This document shows positions 62,796-64,000 of a DNA stretch of 64,000 nucleotides, piece by piece. Position 1 is the first letter of the stretch. Each line of letters begins with the position of its first letter. Origin of the DNA: an uncultured Gemmatimonadales bacterium (lineage in GTDB: Bacteria; Gemmatimonadota; Gemmatimonadetes; Longimicrobiales; Gaopeijiaceae); contig CAWGKG010000004.1 of assembly GCA_963823035.1 (NCBI GenBank), positions 256,001-320,000 of the forward strand. Direction: 5' to 3'. The translations under genes and the position numbers were made by a program. The notes beneath the pieces are model-generated. The model worked only from the letters and a program-made list of their open reading frames with translations, did no database searches and was not told the origin of the DNA.

Positions 62796-64000
62796 ATGTC
62801 GAATCCGGACGCTTCCCCCCCGCCCCCCGCCGAGGTCGGCTACGATCGACGCCTGGGGACGTTCGACGCCACCATGGTCGTGGTGGGCGCGATCGTCGGG
62901 GGAGGGATCTTCCTCAACCCCGCCATCGTCGCGCAGCGCGTGGGCACCGCGGGCGCGGTGCTCGGCGCGTGGGCGCTGGGCGGGCTGATCGCGGTGGTGG
63001 GAGCGCTCTGCTTCGCGGAGCTCGGCGCACGCCTGCCCCGGGCGGGAGGCGGATACGTCTACCTGCGCGACGCCTTCGGGCCGCTACCGGCGTTCCTCTA
63101 CGGCTGGACGCAGCTCCTGGTGATCAACACGGGCGGCGTGGCCGCGGTGGCGATCATCTTCGCGAGCTACACCGTGGACCTGACCGGCGCGTCGGCGGCC
63201 TGGCTCAAGCCGCTCGCGGTGGGCGCGATCGTGCTCCTCTCCGGGGTGAACGTGGCCGGGCGTGCGCTTCGGGGCCTGGGTGCAGAACGCCTTCACGCTC
63301 CTGAAGCTCGCGGCCCTGGCGCTGCTGGTGGCCACGGGGGTGTGGCTGTGGACGCGCAACGGCGGCTATCCCGCCGGCGCCGGCCCGGCGCCCGGCCGTG
63401 CAGGGCTCGCTCGTGCTCGCCATGGGCACGGCGCTCGTGCCGGTGCTCTTCGCGTACGGTGGCTGGCAGCACGCGAACAACATCGCCGAGGAGATCCGCG
63501 ATCCCGAGCGTCGCCTTCCGATCGCGCTCCTCGCCGGCGTGGCGATCGTCGTGACCGTCTACGTCTCCGCGAACGCCGCGTACCTGGCCGGACTGGGCCC
63601 CACGGGGTTGGCCGGCAGCACGGCTCCCGCGGCCGACGTGCTGCGTGCGGCCTTCGGGAGGTGGGGCGGGGTGGTGATCTCGGCCGGCGTCGCCTGCTCG
63701 ACGTTCGGGATCCTCAACGTGTTCATCATGGCCACCCCGCGCATCTACCAGGCGATGGCGGCGGACGGGATCTTCTTCGCCTCCGTCGCGCGGCTGAGCC
63801 CGCGCACGCGCACGCCGGCGGTGGGCATCTGGATCCAGATGGTGTGGGCCGTGGTGCTGGCGCTGACGGGGACGTACGGGAAGCTCCTCGACTACGTCGT
63901 CTTCGGTGACTGGATCTTCTTCGGGTCGATCGTCGCCACGCTCTTCGTCTACCGCTCGCGCGACGCGCATGGCGCCGACCCGACCCCCGCGCGTACGGGG
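62796..64000 (+). CDS. APC-family amino acid permease (frameshifted, runs off the window)
   Basis: RLGTFDATMVVVGAIVGGGIF, FAELGARLPRAGGGYVYL and LFAYGGW...EEIRDPER. Confidence 0.9.

Noticed and set aside
1..64000. CRISPR array, tRNA/rRNA, IS elements, prophage or defence systems
   Set aside because: No repeat-spacer periodicity, RNA gene signature, or transposase, integrase or nuclease motif was found by eye.

Overview
Very GC-rich (roughly 70% or more by eye) bacterial chromosomal window. The gene content (ADOP permeases with PadR partners, tricorn proteases, many secreted proteins of unknown function) suggests Gemmatimonadota, but this is inference. Many genes carry single-base frameshifts typical of unpolished long-read sequence, so those coordinates are approximate. 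About 48 genes or gene relics are present: a PaaX regulator with a Dch-like crotonase, an SPT-like alpha-oxoamine synthase / ADC-fold / hybrid kinase operon, a Cys/Thr proline-racemase-family enzyme, GH172, M14, M81, M20, S1C and two S41 peptidases, RecQ, DinB, an atypical cysteine-synthase homologue, pstCAB-pstS-porin, three ADOP permeases (two with PadR), MFS and APC transporters, menH, a GGEEF cyclase and several deletion relics. I saw no rRNA, tRNA, CRISPR array, IS element or phage gene. The best leads are: (1) the SPT-like / Lys-less ADC / sensor kinase operon; (2) a GNTAC 11-bp-phased motif upstream of three pst-locus genes (candidate lineage-specific Pho box); (3) a CysK homologue with a rebuilt substrate pocket; (4) PadR-ADOP modules with distinct operator palindromes; (5) a scar joining two divergent gene tails. 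None of these is proven novel without database searches.
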